A stretch of 64,000 nucleotides of DNA from an uncultured Nitrospiraceae bacterium (GCA_963727805.1 CAVSHF010000003.1:1440001-1504000); one strand, 5' to 3'. Positions 29,702 through 40,789 are shown, counted from the first letter of the stretch. The notes: a model not told the origin generated them from the letters alone. Program-made: numbers and translations.

Positions 29702-31528
29702 ATGTGCGGCATCATCGGCTATATCGGCAACAGGAACGCCATTCCTGTCGTGATGGAGGGCCTCAAACGCCTCGAATACAGGGGATATGACTCTGCGGGC
29801 ATCGCTTATTTTGAAGGCGACGAAATCAAGGTAAAACGCTGCAAAGGCAAGATCAATCAACTCGAAGCGATCATTGATGCACAGAAAATTGATAGCACCG
29901 CTGCCATCGGTCACACCCGATGGGCCACTCACGGGAAGCCTTCGGATGAGAACGCTCATCCTCACCGGTCCGACGGGATAGTGCTTGTCCATAATGGGAT
30001 TATTGAGAATTATGTCGAACTAAGGCACAAACTCGAATCTGAAGGGTATATTTTTAAATCGGAAACCGATACCGAAGTGCTTTGCCATCTTATCAATAAA
30101 CATGCCGCCGGAGTTCCCCTGGAGGAGGCGGTAAGATCTGCATTGAAAGAAGTCCGGGGTTCTTATGCCTTTGGAGTCATCAATGAAAAAGAGCCTGACA
30201 AAATTGTAGCTGTCAGGAAAGAGAGTCCTCTGGTGCTGGGCCTTGGAGATAATGAATTCTTTCTCGCATCTGATGTGCCTGCCTTTCTCAGCTATTCACG
30301 GGAGGTCATTTTCCTCGATAACAATGAGATGGCCATTATGCACCGGAGCGGGGTTATCATTACCGACTTCGAAGGAAAGCCGTTGAACAAGGCTGTCATG
30401 ACGATATCATGGAGTCCTTCCATGGCCGAAAAAGGTGGCTACCGCCATTTCATGCTCAAAGAAATCTACGAGCAACCGCGCTCAATAGCGGACACTATAA
30501 GGGGAAGAGTGTTCCCGGAAAAAGGAGAAGTCGCAATTGAAGAATTCGGGCTGAGTCCTGAGGTCATCGGGCAGATAGATAAGATATTCATAGTTGCCTG
30601 CGGTACCTCTTACCATTCCGCCATCATTGGTAAGTACATGATCGAGGAGCTCGCAAGGGTCCCGGTAGAGGTCGATATCGCCTCTGAATTCAGGTACAGA
30701 ACTCCTATTCTCGGCAGCAGGACGCTTTTTATTATCATCACGCAGTCAGGCGAGACCGCCGATACGCTCGCTGCCATGCGCGAGGCGAAAAGGCTTGGGG
30801 CCTCGACCCTGAGCATCTGCAATGTTATCGGTAGTACGGCATCGCGCGAGGCGGATTATGTGTTTTTCACTCATTCAGGACCAGAGATCGGCGTGGCGTC
30901 GACAAAAGCCTTCACCGCTCAGATCGTCGCCCTTTACCTTCTTGCCATTGCCCTGGGGAAAAATAGGGGAACCATCGATGAGCCGGCTGCATCCGGTCTC
31001 ATTGACGACCTCCTTCGTCTGCCGGGCTACATTGAAGGTGTACTCGAACTCGACAACGAGATACTTGCAATCTCGAAGGATTTGTTCAAGGTTACAGACT
31101 TTCTCTACCTCGGGAGGGGCATACAATATCCGATAGCCCTCGAGGGTGCTCTGAAATTGAAGGAGGTCTCATACATTCATGCAGAGGGATATCCTGCAGG
31201 CGAAATGAAACATGGTCCTATAGCTCTCATCGACGAAGAACTCCCCGTCGTTATCCTTGCGCCCTCCGGGCACCTTTTTGAGAAGGTACTCTCCAATATG
31301 GAAGAGGTCAACAGCAGAGGCGGCATCCTCATTACCATGGCCACGAAAGGTAATGAGGCTATTAGGAGACTCTCCCGCTACTCAATTCTCATCACGGGAA
31401 GCAACAGCTATCTCAATACCGTTCTTTTCACGATTCCCCTTCAACTCCTCGCCTATCATATCGCAGTGCTGAGGGGTTGCGACGTCGATCAACCGAGAAA
31501 TCTCGCCAAGAGCGTTACTGTAGAGTAA
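29702..31528 (+). CDS. glmS: Glutamine--fructose-6-phosphate transaminase
   Basis: MCGIIG, HTRWATHG, QSGETAD, PRNLAKSVTVE. Confidence 0.98.
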   Translation: MCGIIGYIGNRNAIPVVMEGLKRLEYRGYDSAGIAYFEGDEIKVKRCKGKINQLEAIIDAQKIDSTAAIGHTRWATHGKPSDENAHPHRSDGIVLVHNGIIENYVELRHKLESEGYIFKSETDTEVLCHLINKHAAGVPLEEAVRSALKEVRGSYAFGVINEKEPDKIVAVRKESPLVLGLGDNEFFLASDVPAFLSYSREVIFLDNNEMAIMHRSGVIITDFEGKPLNKAVMTISWSPSMAEKGGYRHFMLKEIYEQPRSIADTIRGRVFPEKGEVAIEEFGLSPEVIGQIDKIFIVACGTSYHSAIIGKYMIEELARVPVEVDIASEFRYRTPILGSRTLFIIITQSGETADTLAAMREAKRLGASTLSICNVIGSTASREADYVFFTHSGPEIGVASTKAFTAQIVALYLLAIALGKNRGTIDEPAASGLIDDLLRLPGYIEGVLELDNEILAISKDLFKVTDFLYLGRGIQYPIALEGALKLKEVSYIHAEGYPAGEMKHGPIALIDEELPVVILAPSGHLFEKVLSNMEEVNSRGGILITMATKGNEAIRRLSRYSILITGSNSYLNTVLFTIPLQLLAYHIAVLRGCDVDQPRNLAKSVTVE

Positions 31529-31610
31529 CCCCAGCGTTTTTTTTCGCCTTTTTTGACAGTCGGCCCTGTCTTTTTATGGGGTTGTATATGGTATAATTAA
31601 GGAGACGAAA

Positions 31611-33716
31611 ATGGCTAAAGATGTCTTATTAGAGGATCTGACTCCCCAACAAAAAGAAGCCGTTCTTCATTCCAATGGTCCCTTGCTCGTTCTGGCTGGC
31701 GCGGGAAGCGGCAAGACGCGTATTGTGACCTGCAGATTCTCCTACCTCGTTAAGAAAAAGAAACTCTCACCAACATCCATTTTTGCCGTAACTTTGACCA
31801 ACAAGGCCGCTGATGAGATGAAGGACCACATTATGACTTGCCTGGCCTGTGATCACAAACACAACTGGATCGGGACCTTTCACTCTCAGTGCAACAAGAT
31901 CCTGAGGAAAGAGATAAAGGCTATAGGCTTCAAACCGGATTTTGCTATCTATGATGAAGACGATCAGAGTTCGCTGATCCGGCATATCCTCAAAGAGTTC
32001 AATATCTATGAAGCACTTTATAAAGGGGTAGCCTCACGGATCAGTATACTTAAGGCCTCGATGGTCACACCGGAGGACTTCCTTTCCCAGGGAGACGGAT
32101 TCAGTTTTGATGAAAAACTCGGCCGGGTCTACCTGAGATACCAGGATGAGCTTAGACGCTCGAATTCTCTCGATTATGACGACCTTGTCATGCTTACCAT
32201 TAGAGTGTTCGAGGAGAACCCCAAAATCCTACAGAAATATCAGGAGATGTTTCCTGCCTTGCTCATCGATGAATTCCAGGACACCAACCGCGCCCAGTTG
32301 AGACTCCTCAAGCTTCTGTCCGGAAAACAAAAAAACATCTGTGCGGTTGGAGACGACGACCAGAGCATTTATAAATCAAAGGGCTCCGATATCAGCAATA
32401 TCCTAAACTTTGAAAAGGACTTTCCGGGAGCCAAGATCATTCGGCTGGACCGGAACTATCGCTCAACCCAGAACATATTAAAAGCCTCGTCCGCCGTCAT
32501 AGCAAAGAACGCACAGCGAAAGCTTAAGACACTTCAGACCAACAATGTGTGCGGAGAGAAGGTCTTATACTGCTGCCTCAATACTGAAGAGGAAGAGGCC
32601 AAATATGTCGCTCGCGTCATTAAGGATCTTTACCTGAAGAGCAATTTTGAATACAATAACTTCGCCGTCTTTTACCGGATCAACCTCCAGACGAAGGCAT
32701 TGGAGGATGCCCTTAAGGAAGAGAGCATCCCCTATCATGTAGTCGGCGGGGTAAGCTTCTACCATAGGAAAGAAATCAAAGACATCATTTCATATATGCG
32801 GCTGGCTCTCAACAACAATGATAATGTGAGCCTAAGAAGGATCATCAACAGTCCGCCAAGAGGGATTGGCTCTACGACGATAGCAAAAATCGAACAGGAA
32901 GCGAAGAAAAACTCACTAAGCCTTTTCAAGACATTGAAGCTTATGCTCCAGTCGAACGGTATTGCGTCGTCCTTCAAAGACAAACTCGCCGACTTTGTTG
33001 CAACTGTCGAGGACTTCTCTTCACACTCCTATAGAAACGCCTCCGATATGGTAAAAGATATTGTCGAAAAAACGGGATATCTCGATGAACTCGAAGAAGA
33101 GAGGATCCAGACTATCCTCGAACTCTCGTCATCCGCCGAAAACGCTGCGGTCAGGGACTTCGTCGATCGCATATCTCTGGCATCGGCATGTGATGAAGCA
33201 TTGCCGACGCGGGCGGTATCGCTCTTACCATTACATAATACAAAAGGTATTGAATTCCCGGTGGTCTTCATCATCGGGCTTGAAGAAGGCATTCTCCCTT
33301 ATTTCAAGGCCTTTGACAACGCTGCGGAAATGCAGGAAGAGAGACGCCTGTTCTATGTTGGCATGACGCGCGCTAAGCAGATACTCTCTCTGAGCAGCGT
33401 CAAGAGAAGAAGAGTGTACTCGAAGATACAGGAACAGGAACCTTCACGGTTCCTTGCCGATATGCCGAAAGATTGTTGCACGTTGGTCGAACGGTCCCAT
33501 CCGAAGGAAAAATCGCTGACCGCGGCCGTCCCCATTGGTCTCTCAAAAAAAGCCCCGACGTTCATCGTTGGTTCAAGGGTGAAACATCCTGCCTGGGGGG
33601 TAGGGATCGTGAGAGACTGCTGCGGTGAAGGCGAAGAAGCCAAAGTGACAGTCAATTTCCCTGGCATCGGGTTGAAGCGTCTGGCGGCCAGGCTCGCTAA
33701 TCTTGAAAGGATATGA
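31611..33716 (+). CDS. UvrD/PcrA-family DNA helicase
   Basis: LAGAGSGKT, DEFQDTN, VGDDDQSIY, NYRST, EERRLFYVGMTRA, C-terminal Tudor-like domain. Confidence 0.93.
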   Translation: MAKDVLLEDLTPQQKEAVLHSNGPLLVLAGAGSGKTRIVTCRFSYLVKKKKLSPTSIFAVTLTNKAADEMKDHIMTCLACDHKHNWIGTFHSQCNKILRKEIKAIGFKPDFAIYDEDDQSSLIRHILKEFNIYEALYKGVASRISILKASMVTPEDFLSQGDGFSFDEKLGRVYLRYQDELRRSNSLDYDDLVMLTIRVFEENPKILQKYQEMFPALLIDEFQDTNRAQLRLLKLLSGKQKNICAVGDDDQSIYKSKGSDISNILNFEKDFPGAKIIRLDRNYRSTQNILKASSAVIAKNAQRKLKTLQTNNVCGEKVLYCCLNTEEEEAKYVARVIKDLYLKSNFEYNNFAVFYRINLQTKALEDALKEESIPYHVVGGVSFYHRKEIKDIISYMRLALNNNDNVSLRRIINSPPRGIGSTTIAKIEQEAKKNSLSLFKTLKLMLQSNGIASSFKDKLADFVATVEDFSSHSYRNASDMVKDIVEKTGYLDELEEERIQTILELSSSAENAAVRDFVDRISLASACDEALPTRAVSLLPLHNTKGIEFPVVFIIGLEEGILPYFKAFDNAAEMQEERRLFYVGMTRAKQILSLSSVKRRRVYSKIQEQEPSRFLADMPKDCCTLVERSHPKEKSLTAAVPIGLSKKAPTFIVGSRVKHPAWGVGIVRDCCGEGEEAKVTVNFPGIGLKRLAARLANLERI

Positions 33717-34006
33717 TTATGAAGCTATCGCTGGAAGAAGTGAGACATATCTCGAAACTATCGCGGCTTTCGCTGTCGGAGGATGAAGCTGGACTGTATG
33801 CGACACAACTCAGCAAGATTATCGACTACGTAGAGCAGTTGAACAATTTGGACACTTCCACGATAGAGCCCACTTCTCATATCATCCCATTGGAAAACGT
33901 CATGGGTGATGATGTTCAAGGGATTTCTCTCCCGCGTGAAGAGGCATTGAAAAATGCCCCCGATTCGACTGGTAAGTTTTACAGGGTCCCTAAGATAATA
34001 GAATAG
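33713..34006 (+). CDS. gatC: Asp/Glu-tRNA amidotransferase subunit C
   Basis: VRHISKLSRL, IEPTSH, ALKNAP...FYRVPKII. Confidence 0.94.
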   Translation: MIMKLSLEEVRHISKLSRLSLSEDEAGLYATQLSKIIDYVEQLNNLDTSTIEPTSHIIPLENVMGDDVQGISLPREEALKNAPDSTGKFYRVPKIIE

Positions 34007-34096
34007 GCACACGACCAGACAGTAGGACTATGTTCGAGAGTTTCAGTCTTATTAACCGATACAATAAGCCGATGCGTATATAAAGGAGAAAGAGGT

Positions 34097-34447
34097 ATGT
34101 TCAGATGTTTTTTAAGAGCGAAGATCCACCTTGCAACCGTGACCGAATCGAATCTCGCTTATGAGGGAAGTATCACTATTGACAGAGAAATCATGGATAT
34201 GGTCGGCATACTTCCATACGAGCAGGTGATGATAAGCAATATGAATAATGGTGAGCGTTTTGAAACGTACGTAATCGCTGGCAAACCCGGATCTCGTGAG
34301 TTTTGTCTCAACGGGCCCACTGCGCGAAAGGGCGCTGTCGGAGACAAGATCATAATCTTCAGTTACATCTACACAGACATCAACGAGATTAAAAAGGATT
34401 TCAAACCAATAATCATTAAACTCAACGACAAAAACAATCCCAAATAA
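34097..34447 (+). CDS. panD: Aspartate 1-decarboxylase
   Basis: AKIH.ATVT, YEG/SITID cleavage site, NNGERFETY, LNG. Confidence 0.95.
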   Translation: MFRCFLRAKIHLATVTESNLAYEGSITIDREIMDMVGILPYEQVMISNMNNGERFETYVIAGKPGSREFCLNGPTARKGAVGDKIIIFSYIYTDINEIKKDFKPIIIKLNDKNNPK

Positions 34448-34783
34448 GTTGTCCAATCTCGCAGGTCGACTTTCCTGCATTCCCCGCCGGCAGTCACTTA
34501 TCACACGGGCGATTTCCCGATGCGCCTGCTAACGCCCCTAACTGTATTTCCGATTGCTTTTTCGTCCAATACATGTGTAAATTTAACAATTACATTTTAC
34601 GCTTTTGCCATAGGGATGAACCCTAACCGGAGAAAGGTATATGAAAAAGCTCTCTGTCAGTCTAATACACCTTCTCTTTATTCGTATCGTTGCATTAACA
34701 GACTCGTCGATCTCTGTTCTTTTGACGAGTTTCCGTTTCTGGCACAACTAGAAGCCTTACATAAAAAATAGAAGGAGAGAAAT

Positions 34784-35209
34784 ATGGCATACAGCTTAAT
34801 CTTAACTATTATTCTGGCACTTACTACAGCACTTCCATACACCGTGAGCGCAGTTGATAATTCTCAGCCGATGAGCGTGCGGGGATTCCAGACTGCACCC
34901 GGTACAGCTCCAAAGAGGCTTGCGCTTGCGACGGTGACCGCGGTCCAGGATTCTTTACTGACAATAAAGGTAAACAATGCCACACACAAAATATTGATTG
35001 ACGACAAAACAAAGATCACAAGGAACGGAAAACCGCTCCAACAGGCGGACATCAAGATGGGGATGAAGGTACGGATTACTTTCGTAGAGCGCGGCGGAAG
35101 TAAAGTTGCGACCGCTGTCGATATCCGTTCAGACGCCGAACCCGAGGCAATTACGCCGATGCCGGCCTCCCCGCCGCCTGGGAGCAAGGCTACACACACG
35201 ATACGATAG
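34784..35209 (+). CDS. Exported hypothetical protein with OB-fold/DUF5666-like domain
   Basis: Signal peptide; IDDKTKI.....ADIKMGMKVRITF pattern; AGGAG RBS. Confidence 0.7.
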   Translation: MAYSLILTIILALTTALPYTVSAVDNSQPMSVRGFQTAPGTAPKRLALATVTAVQDSLLTIKVNNATHKILIDDKTKITRNGKPLQQADIKMGMKVRITFVERGGSKVATAVDIRSDAEPEAITPMPASPPPGSKATHTIR

Positions 35210-35211
35210 TT

Positions 35212-35251
35212 GAAAACAGAGCGGCAGGTATAGCCCGCCGCTCTGTTTTTC
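35212..35251. terminator. Probable bidirectional terminator
   Basis: AAAACAGAGCGGC...GCCGCTCTGTTTT between convergent genes. Confidence 0.75.
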
Positions 35252-35324
35252 ATGCTAAAGTTCTATAGACGCAATTTATGATCCATGAAACTTATCTTAG
35301 AACAACGTCGACCGTTACTTTGAG

Positions 35325-36524
35325 CTATGTCCTATATTCCGCATTTATCTTGATATACTCCTCGGTCAGATCGCAGGTCAGAACCTTCGCGCTGCTCCTG
35401 CCGAGATGCAAATCAATCACAATCTTTATTTGCTTATTTTTTAGCTTATCATTCGCCTCTTTATCAACACCAGCAGCCATGCCATTCTTTGCGACCATAA
35501 GGTCGTTCAAATAAATATCAATCTTCTCCTCCTTGATAGCAATCCCTGCGTACCCGAGGGCCGCCATGAGCCGCCCCCAGTTGGCATCATTGCCGTATAT
35601 CGCTGTCTTTACAAGGAGTGAGTTTGCAACAGCGAAGGCACCTTTTTCGGCATCCTTTTCACTCTTGGCATTCCTCACTTCAACTTCGACCAGTTTGGTG
35701 GCGCCCTCCCCGTCCCTAACGATCATTTCGCTCAGCTCATAAGTATGTTCGACAAGGGCAGCCGCAAAAACGTTATAGGCCTTTGACTTCGACTTGATCG
35801 GCTCATTGCCCGCCATTCCATTCGCCATAATCAGAACGGTGTCATTTGTCGACATATCGCCATCTATAGTGATCCTGTTAAATGATCTACTTACCGCTTG
35901 CCTCAATGCGGCGTCGAGGGCCGATCGCTCTATGCTTGCATCGGTTGTGATAAAAGAAAGCATGGTTGCCATATTGGGCTGAATCATCCCCGCTCCTTTG
36001 CAGATACCGGCAATAGTGACCATCTTGTCTCCGATCTTCTTCCTCTTTGACACTATTTTCGGAAAGGTGTCGGTGGTCATGATAGCAGCGGCCACATCGT
36101 CAATAGTTGATTGCCCGAGGTTTTCAACTAGCTCGGAAATCTTCGGCCTGATCCTTTCCATGGGCATCAGAGTCCCGATAACCCCCGTCGAGCATACATA
36201 TACTTTGTCGGCCCTGATCCCCTTGAGATCGGCGGCGAGTTTGCCCATCTCAACAGCATCCTTCATTCCCTGCACGCCGGTACAGGCATTGGCGTTACCA
36301 CTGTTGACTAGAATGGCGTGTCCCTTCCCCGATTTGATTTGCTTCATATCGAGCCTTACCGGAGCGGCTTTCACGTTGTTCGTGGTAAACATTCCTGCCA
36401 TGACCGATTCCTGCTCAGAATAAATCAGGGCGATGTCTTTCCTGCCAGGCTTTTTTATAGCCGCTTCCACTGTCGAAAAGAGAAATCCCTTAGGTACTGA
36501 TGCTGCTTCCCTATTTATGGACAT
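35325..36524 (-). CDS. argJ: Ornithine acetyltransferase
   Basis: NSGNANACTG, KGAGMIQPNMA/TML, DMSTNDT, RDGEGATK. Confidence 0.97.
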   Translation of the reverse strand: MSINREAASVPKGFLFSTVEAAIKKPGRKDIALIYSEQESVMAGMFTTNNVKAAPVRLDMKQIKSGKGHAILVNSGNANACTGVQGMKDAVEMGKLAADLKGIRADKVYVCSTGVIGTLMPMERIRPKISELVENLGQSTIDDVAAAIMTTDTFPKIVSKRKKIGDKMVTIAGICKGAGMIQPNMATMLSFITTDASIERSALDAALRQAVSRSFNRITIDGDMSTNDTVLIMANGMAGNEPIKSKSKAYNVFAAALVEHTYELSEMIVRDGEGATKLVEVEVRNAKSEKDAEKGAFAVANSLLVKTAIYGNDANWGRLMAALGYAGIAIKEEKIDIYLNDLMVAKNGMAAGVDKEANDKLKNKQIKIVIDLHLGRSSAKVLTCDLTEEYIKINAEYRT

Positions 36525-37555
36525 AATGCCAATCCCTCCAATGCCGTTGTTTCTTCAAAGCCGAGCATGATATTCATATTCTGCACCGCCTGCCCAGATG
36601 CCCCTTTCACAAGGTTGTCGATCGTGGAGACCATAACAAGCGTGTTCGTTCGTTCGTTGACCTTGATGCCTATGAAGCAGTAATTGCTCCCCCTGACATG
36701 TTTCGCATTCGGGTAGAAGCCCTCTTCGAGGACCTCGACAAAAGGTTCCTTTAAATATTTCCTGTTATACAATTCGATTATTTTTCCGGTGCTAATCTTT
36801 CTCGTCAATTTTGCATACACTGTCGTTATAATTCCCCTGTCCATCGGCACGAGATGCGGAGTGAAGTCGATCCTCACAGGCTTGCCGGCTATGTCCGACA
36901 ATCCCTGTTCTATTTCGGGTGTATGCCGGTGAATGCCGATGCCGTATGCCTTGAACCCTTCGTTGACCTCACAGAACGAAACTGCCACATCCGCCTTCCT
37001 TCCCGCGCCAGAAATTCCAGACTTAGAATCTACGATAATGCTCTCCGGATCAATCAGGCCTTCCTTAAGGACTGGATAGATGGCGAGTATCGCACTTGTC
37101 GGATAGCAGCCGGGGTTTGCAATGAGGCGGGCTTTCTTTATTATCTTCCGGTACAGCTCCGGCAGCCCATAAACAGCCTTCTTGAGCGTATTTGGATAAT
37201 GATGCGGGGCTTTATACCACTCCTCGTAGATGGAGGGGTCAGAGAGACGATAATCCGCTGAAAGGTCTATGACCCATTTGCCTTTCTGAAAAAAGAAGTC
37301 CACAGCCTCCTGTGATGCAGCATGGGGCAGAGCCATAAAAAAGATGTCTGCCTTTGACAAGAGCCTCTCTTTTTCCATCGGACCGTAAATGAGTCCTTTG
37401 TATTTCACCAGATGAGGGAAAAGGTCGGTGACCCTCTTCCCCGCCGACTTCTCGGAGGTCACCGCAGTCAACTCGACGCCAGAATGCTGAGACAGTAGCC
37501 TCATAAGCTCGGACCCCGTATATCCACTTCCGCCACAAATCGCAACCCTTACCAT
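36515..37555 (-). CDS. argC: N-acetyl-gamma-glutamyl-phosphate reductase
   Basis: GGSGYTG, ANPGCYPT, SGAGR, DNLVKGASGQAVQN. Confidence 0.97.
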   Translation of the reverse strand: MVRVAICGGSGYTGSELMRLLSQHSGVELTAVTSEKSAGKRVTDLFPHLVKYKGLIYGPMEKERLLSKADIFFMALPHAASQEAVDFFFQKGKWVIDLSADYRLSDPSIYEEWYKAPHHYPNTLKKAVYGLPELYRKIIKKARLIANPGCYPTSAILAIYPVLKEGLIDPESIIVDSKSGISGAGRKADVAVSFCEVNEGFKAYGIGIHRHTPEIEQGLSDIAGKPVRIDFTPHLVPMDRGIITTVYAKLTRKISTGKIIELYNRKYLKEPFVEVLEEGFYPNAKHVRGSNYCFIGIKVNERTNTLVMVSTIDNLVKGASGQAVQNMNIMLGFEETTALEGLALCP

Positions 37556-37633
37556 ATCCATCCACCTTTCATTAGTCAATTGCTACGCAATTTCGTATTA
37601 CACATTTTACAACATTTGCCCGATCAAGCCTAT

Positions 37634-37662
37634 AAAAAAGGCCCGTTCGGAAACGGGCCTTT
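37634..37662 (-). terminator. Terminator after rpsI
   Basis: AGGCCCGTT-TCCG-AACGGGCCT followed by a T run. Confidence 0.85.
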
Positions 37663-37691
37663 CGTCAAAATCGCTGTATATCGATAAATGA

Positions 37692-38084
37692 TTATCTCTT
37701 TGAGAACTGGAACCTCGCCCTGGCACCTTTCTGCCCGAATTTCTGCCTTTCGACCTCTCTGGGGTCTCTGGTCATAAGGCCTTCTTTCTTAAGCTTTGTC
37801 TTCAGATCCGAATCAACTACAACGAGCGCACGGGCTATGCCATGTCTCAATGCCCCAGCCTGTCCACTAAGCCCACCGCCGAGCACCTTAGCCCTTACAT
37901 CGTACTTGCCGACGGTACCAGTGACCTGCAGGGGTTGCCTTATGATCATCCTCAATGTCTCCCGGGGAAAGTATGTATCCACGTCTTTATCGTTCACCAT
38001 AATCCTGCCCGTTCCTGGAGTCATAACAACCTGGGCGACTGATCTCTTCCTTCTTCCAGTTGCGTTATAAGTTATTGCAGCCAT
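37692..38084 (-). CDS. rpsI: 30S ribosomal protein S9
   Basis: [20 protein letters not shown]. Confidence 0.98.
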   Translation of the reverse strand: MAAITYNATGRRKRSVAQVVMTPGTGRIMVNDKDVDTYFPRETLRMIIRQPLQVTGTVGKYDVRAKVLGGGLSGQAGALRHGIARALVVVDSDLKTKLKKEGLMTRDPREVERQKFGQKGARARFQFSKR

Positions 38085-38099
38085 TTTTTTGCTTACTCC

Positions 38100-38537
38100 T
38101 TATTTCGAAATTTGGATAAGTTCAGGCTTCTGAGCGGCGTGTCCGTGATCAGTCCCCGCATATACTTTGAGCTTCTTTATCATCGCCCTGCCAAGCCTGT
38201 TCTTCGGAAGCATTCCCCACACTGCAGCTTTTATCACCCTGTCGGGCGTAGTACTGAGTCGGTCCCGGAGGCTCTCCTCTTTGATGTGGCCAATGTATCC
38301 GGTATGATGATAATACTTCTTATCTTCGAGCTTATTTCCAGTAACCTTTACCTTGTCGGCGTTGATGACAATCACAAAATCCCCGGTATCAACATTCGGC
38401 GTAAAAATAGCCTTGTTCTTACCCCGAAGGTAGTCTGCTATCTTTGTCGCCATCCTGCCCAATATAGCATCTTTTGCGTCAACGAGGAACCATTTCCGCT
38501 GAATTTCCTCTTTCTTTGCGAACTTCGTCGTCTTCAT
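38100..38537 (-). CDS. rplM: 50S ribosomal protein L13
   Basis: [24 protein letters not shown]. Confidence 0.98.
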   Translation of the reverse strand: MKTTKFAKKEEIQRKWFLVDAKDAILGRMATKIADYLRGKNKAIFTPNVDTGDFVIVINADKVKVTGNKLEDKKYYHHTGYIGHIKEESLRDRLSTTPDRVIKAAVWGMLPKNRLGRAMIKKLKVYAGTDHGHAAQKPELIQISK

Positions 38538-38676
38538 CGCTATTTCACCTTTCCCCTACGATACTCAAATAGTAAACTAAATATATGCAATCAAAAAAAT
38601 CATTACAAGTTAAATAAGATAATCGAAATCGAGGGTATTTGTCAACATTCTCTACGGCTTGCTATAATAACAACAG

Positions 38677-39441
38677 ATGAAAAATGCCCTTACAATAGCG
38701 GGTTCAGACCCGACGGGGGGAGCAGGATTACAGGCTGATATCAGAGTTTTCAGTCGCCTTGGCGTCCATGGACTCTCTGTTACTACAGGTCTTACCGCCC
38801 AAAATACGCACGGAGTCGACTCGATTTTGAGTGTCGAAGCCTCTTTCATAGAGGCGCAGCTCACCTCACTGCTCAACGACATCCGGCCCGATGCGTTAAA
38901 AACAGGCATGATCTATTCGAAGTCTGCCGTAACAGTTATCGTCCGGCTAATCCGGGGATTCGATCTCGAAAACCTTGTCATCGATCCTGTTACGGCATCA
39001 TCTTCGGGCAGACCGCTCATGGAAGAAGGAACCCTCGATCTTCTAAAGAATGAACTATTCTCACTGGCTAGGGTAATAACACCGAATATCTATGAGGCAT
39101 CGGCGCTTTCTGGCATCAATGTGGAAGACGAGAATAGTATGGAAGAGGCTGCGCTTATACTAAAAAAAGCGGGTCCTGAAGCGGTCATAATCACCGGAGG
39201 ACACCTCGAAAATGAAACCCTTGACCTCATCTATTATGGAGATAAATTCTACCGATTGAGAAGTAAAAAGACGCCGGGAGAGTTTCACGGTACGGGGTGC
39301 GTCTTCTCTGCAGCGCTTGCAGCCTATCTAGCTAAGGGCTCTTCGGTAATTAACGCCGCCGAGAGCGCCAAGGCCTTCGTTCATGAAGCGATCATCAATG
39401 CCTACGCAATCGGCAAAGGGATGAAGCTCCTCGATGTCTAA
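38677..39441 (+). CDS. thiD: Hydroxymethylpyrimidine/phosphomethylpyrimidine kinase
   Basis: TIAGSDPTGGAGLQAD, TAQNT, HGTGC. Confidence 0.95.
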   Translation: MKNALTIAGSDPTGGAGLQADIRVFSRLGVHGLSVTTGLTAQNTHGVDSILSVEASFIEAQLTSLLNDIRPDALKTGMIYSKSAVTVIVRLIRGFDLENLVIDPVTASSSGRPLMEEGTLDLLKNELFSLARVITPNIYEASALSGINVEDENSMEEAALILKKAGPEAVIITGGHLENETLDLIYYGDKFYRLRSKKTPGEFHGTGCVFSAALAAYLAKGSSVINAAESAKAFVHEAIINAYAIGKGMKLLDV

Positions 39442-40789
39442 GGCCAAGACCGTCTTTCAGTGTCAGTCCTGCGGCTATAGCAGTCCCAAATGGTTAGGGA
39501 AGTGCCCTGACTGCGGGGCATGGAATAGCTTTTCAGAAGAGATACAATCCCCGAAATCACTCAAATCGTTCTCGACAGGGAATTCAGGGCCGACGCCCTT
39601 GAGTTCCGTTACCGGTGGCAATGAAAAAAGAGTCCCTATCGGTATTGCCGAGTTCGACAGAGTGCTTGGAGGTGGACTGGTAAAGGGTGCTGTCATCCTG
39701 ATAGGCGGAGACCCCGGCATCGGTAAATCGACGATTATCCTTCAAGCGATCTCTCGAATTGCTTCGCAAACAGGCACCGTTCTTTATGTCTCCGGCGAGG
39801 AGTCGCCTGAACAGATCAAGTTGCGGGCAGAGCGGCTATCCATCGATTCAAACAGAATAATGCTCCTCTCCGAAACGGTCGTCGAACAGGTGCTCGCCGC
39901 TGCGGAGAAATTAAAACCAGCAGCCATTGTCGTCGATTCAATACAGACAGTCTATACGGAAGAGCTGACCTCGGCTCCTGGCTCAGTGGGTCAAATCCGG
40001 GAATCGGCAGCCAAGCTAATGTTCTATGCGAAGAGATCTGGGATACCGGTGTTCCTGATAGGCCATGTCACAAAAGAAGGAGCCATCGCAGGGCCTCGGG
40101 TCCTAGAGCATCTCGTCGATACCGTCCTTTATTTCGAAGGCGACAGGGGACATCCTTTCCGCATCCTGAGAACCGTAAAAAACAGATTCGGAGCTACTAA
40201 CGAGATTGGAGTTTTTGAGATGACCGACAGCGGACTCAAAGAGATAAACAACCCGTCCGAGCTCTTTCTCTCCGAAAGGCCCCTTAATACCTCCGGATCG
40301 ACTGTGATAGCAAGCATAGAAGGAACAAGGCCGATGCTCGTCGAATTGCAGGCCCTCGTATCGCCAACAACCTTCGGTATGCCGCGAAGGACAAGCATGG
40401 GCATCGATTTCAACCGCCTTAACCTACTCATTGCCGTACTCGAAAAAAAGGGCGGCATCCATCTGGGTGGTATGGACGTTTTCCTCAACGTCGTGGGAGG
40501 ACTGAAAATAGTGGAGCCGGCTGCTGACTTGGGAATCATTGCCGCCGTGGTTTCGTCCTTTCGGGAAATACCGGTCGACCCTCAGACCTTTGTATTCGGG
40601 GAGGTCGGTCTATCTGGCGAAGTAAGAGCGGTCGCCCAAGGTGAAGCCCGGATAAAGGAGGCTGCAAAAGTAGGCTTCAGGAGGGCCATCATTCCCGCCG
40701 GCAACACAGAGAGACTAAAAGACAATTTCGGATTAACAATTTTAGGAGTGAGGAATATCGATGAAGCGATTGAACATATCGGGATATAG
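39434..40789 (+). CDS. radA: DNA repair protein RadA/Sms
   Basis: CxxC..CxxC, GDPGIGKST, KNRFG. Confidence 0.97.
   Translation: MSKAKTVFQCQSCGYSSPKWLGKCPDCGAWNSFSEEIQSPKSLKSFSTGNSGPTPLSSVTGGNEKRVPIGIAEFDRVLGGGLVKGAVILIGGDPGIGKSTIILQAISRIASQTGTVLYVSGEESPEQIKLRAERLSIDSNRIMLLSETVVEQVLAAAEKLKPAAIVVDSIQTVYTEELTSAPGSVGQIRESAAKLMFYAKRSGIPVFLIGHVTKEGAIAGPRVLEHLVDTVLYFEGDRGHPFRILRTVKNRFGATNEIGVFEMTDSGLKEINNPSELFLSERPLNTSGSTVIASIEGTRPMLVELQALVSPTTFGMPRRTSMGIDFNRLNLLIAVLEKKGGIHLGGMDVFLNVVGGLKIVEPAADLGIIAAVVSSFREIPVDPQTFVFGEVGLSGEVRAVAQGEARIKEAAKVGFRRAIIPAGNTERLKDNFGLTILGVRNIDEAIEHIGI

Noticed and set aside
33713..34006. gatC without gatA/gatB
   Set aside because: Dispersed gat genes are common.
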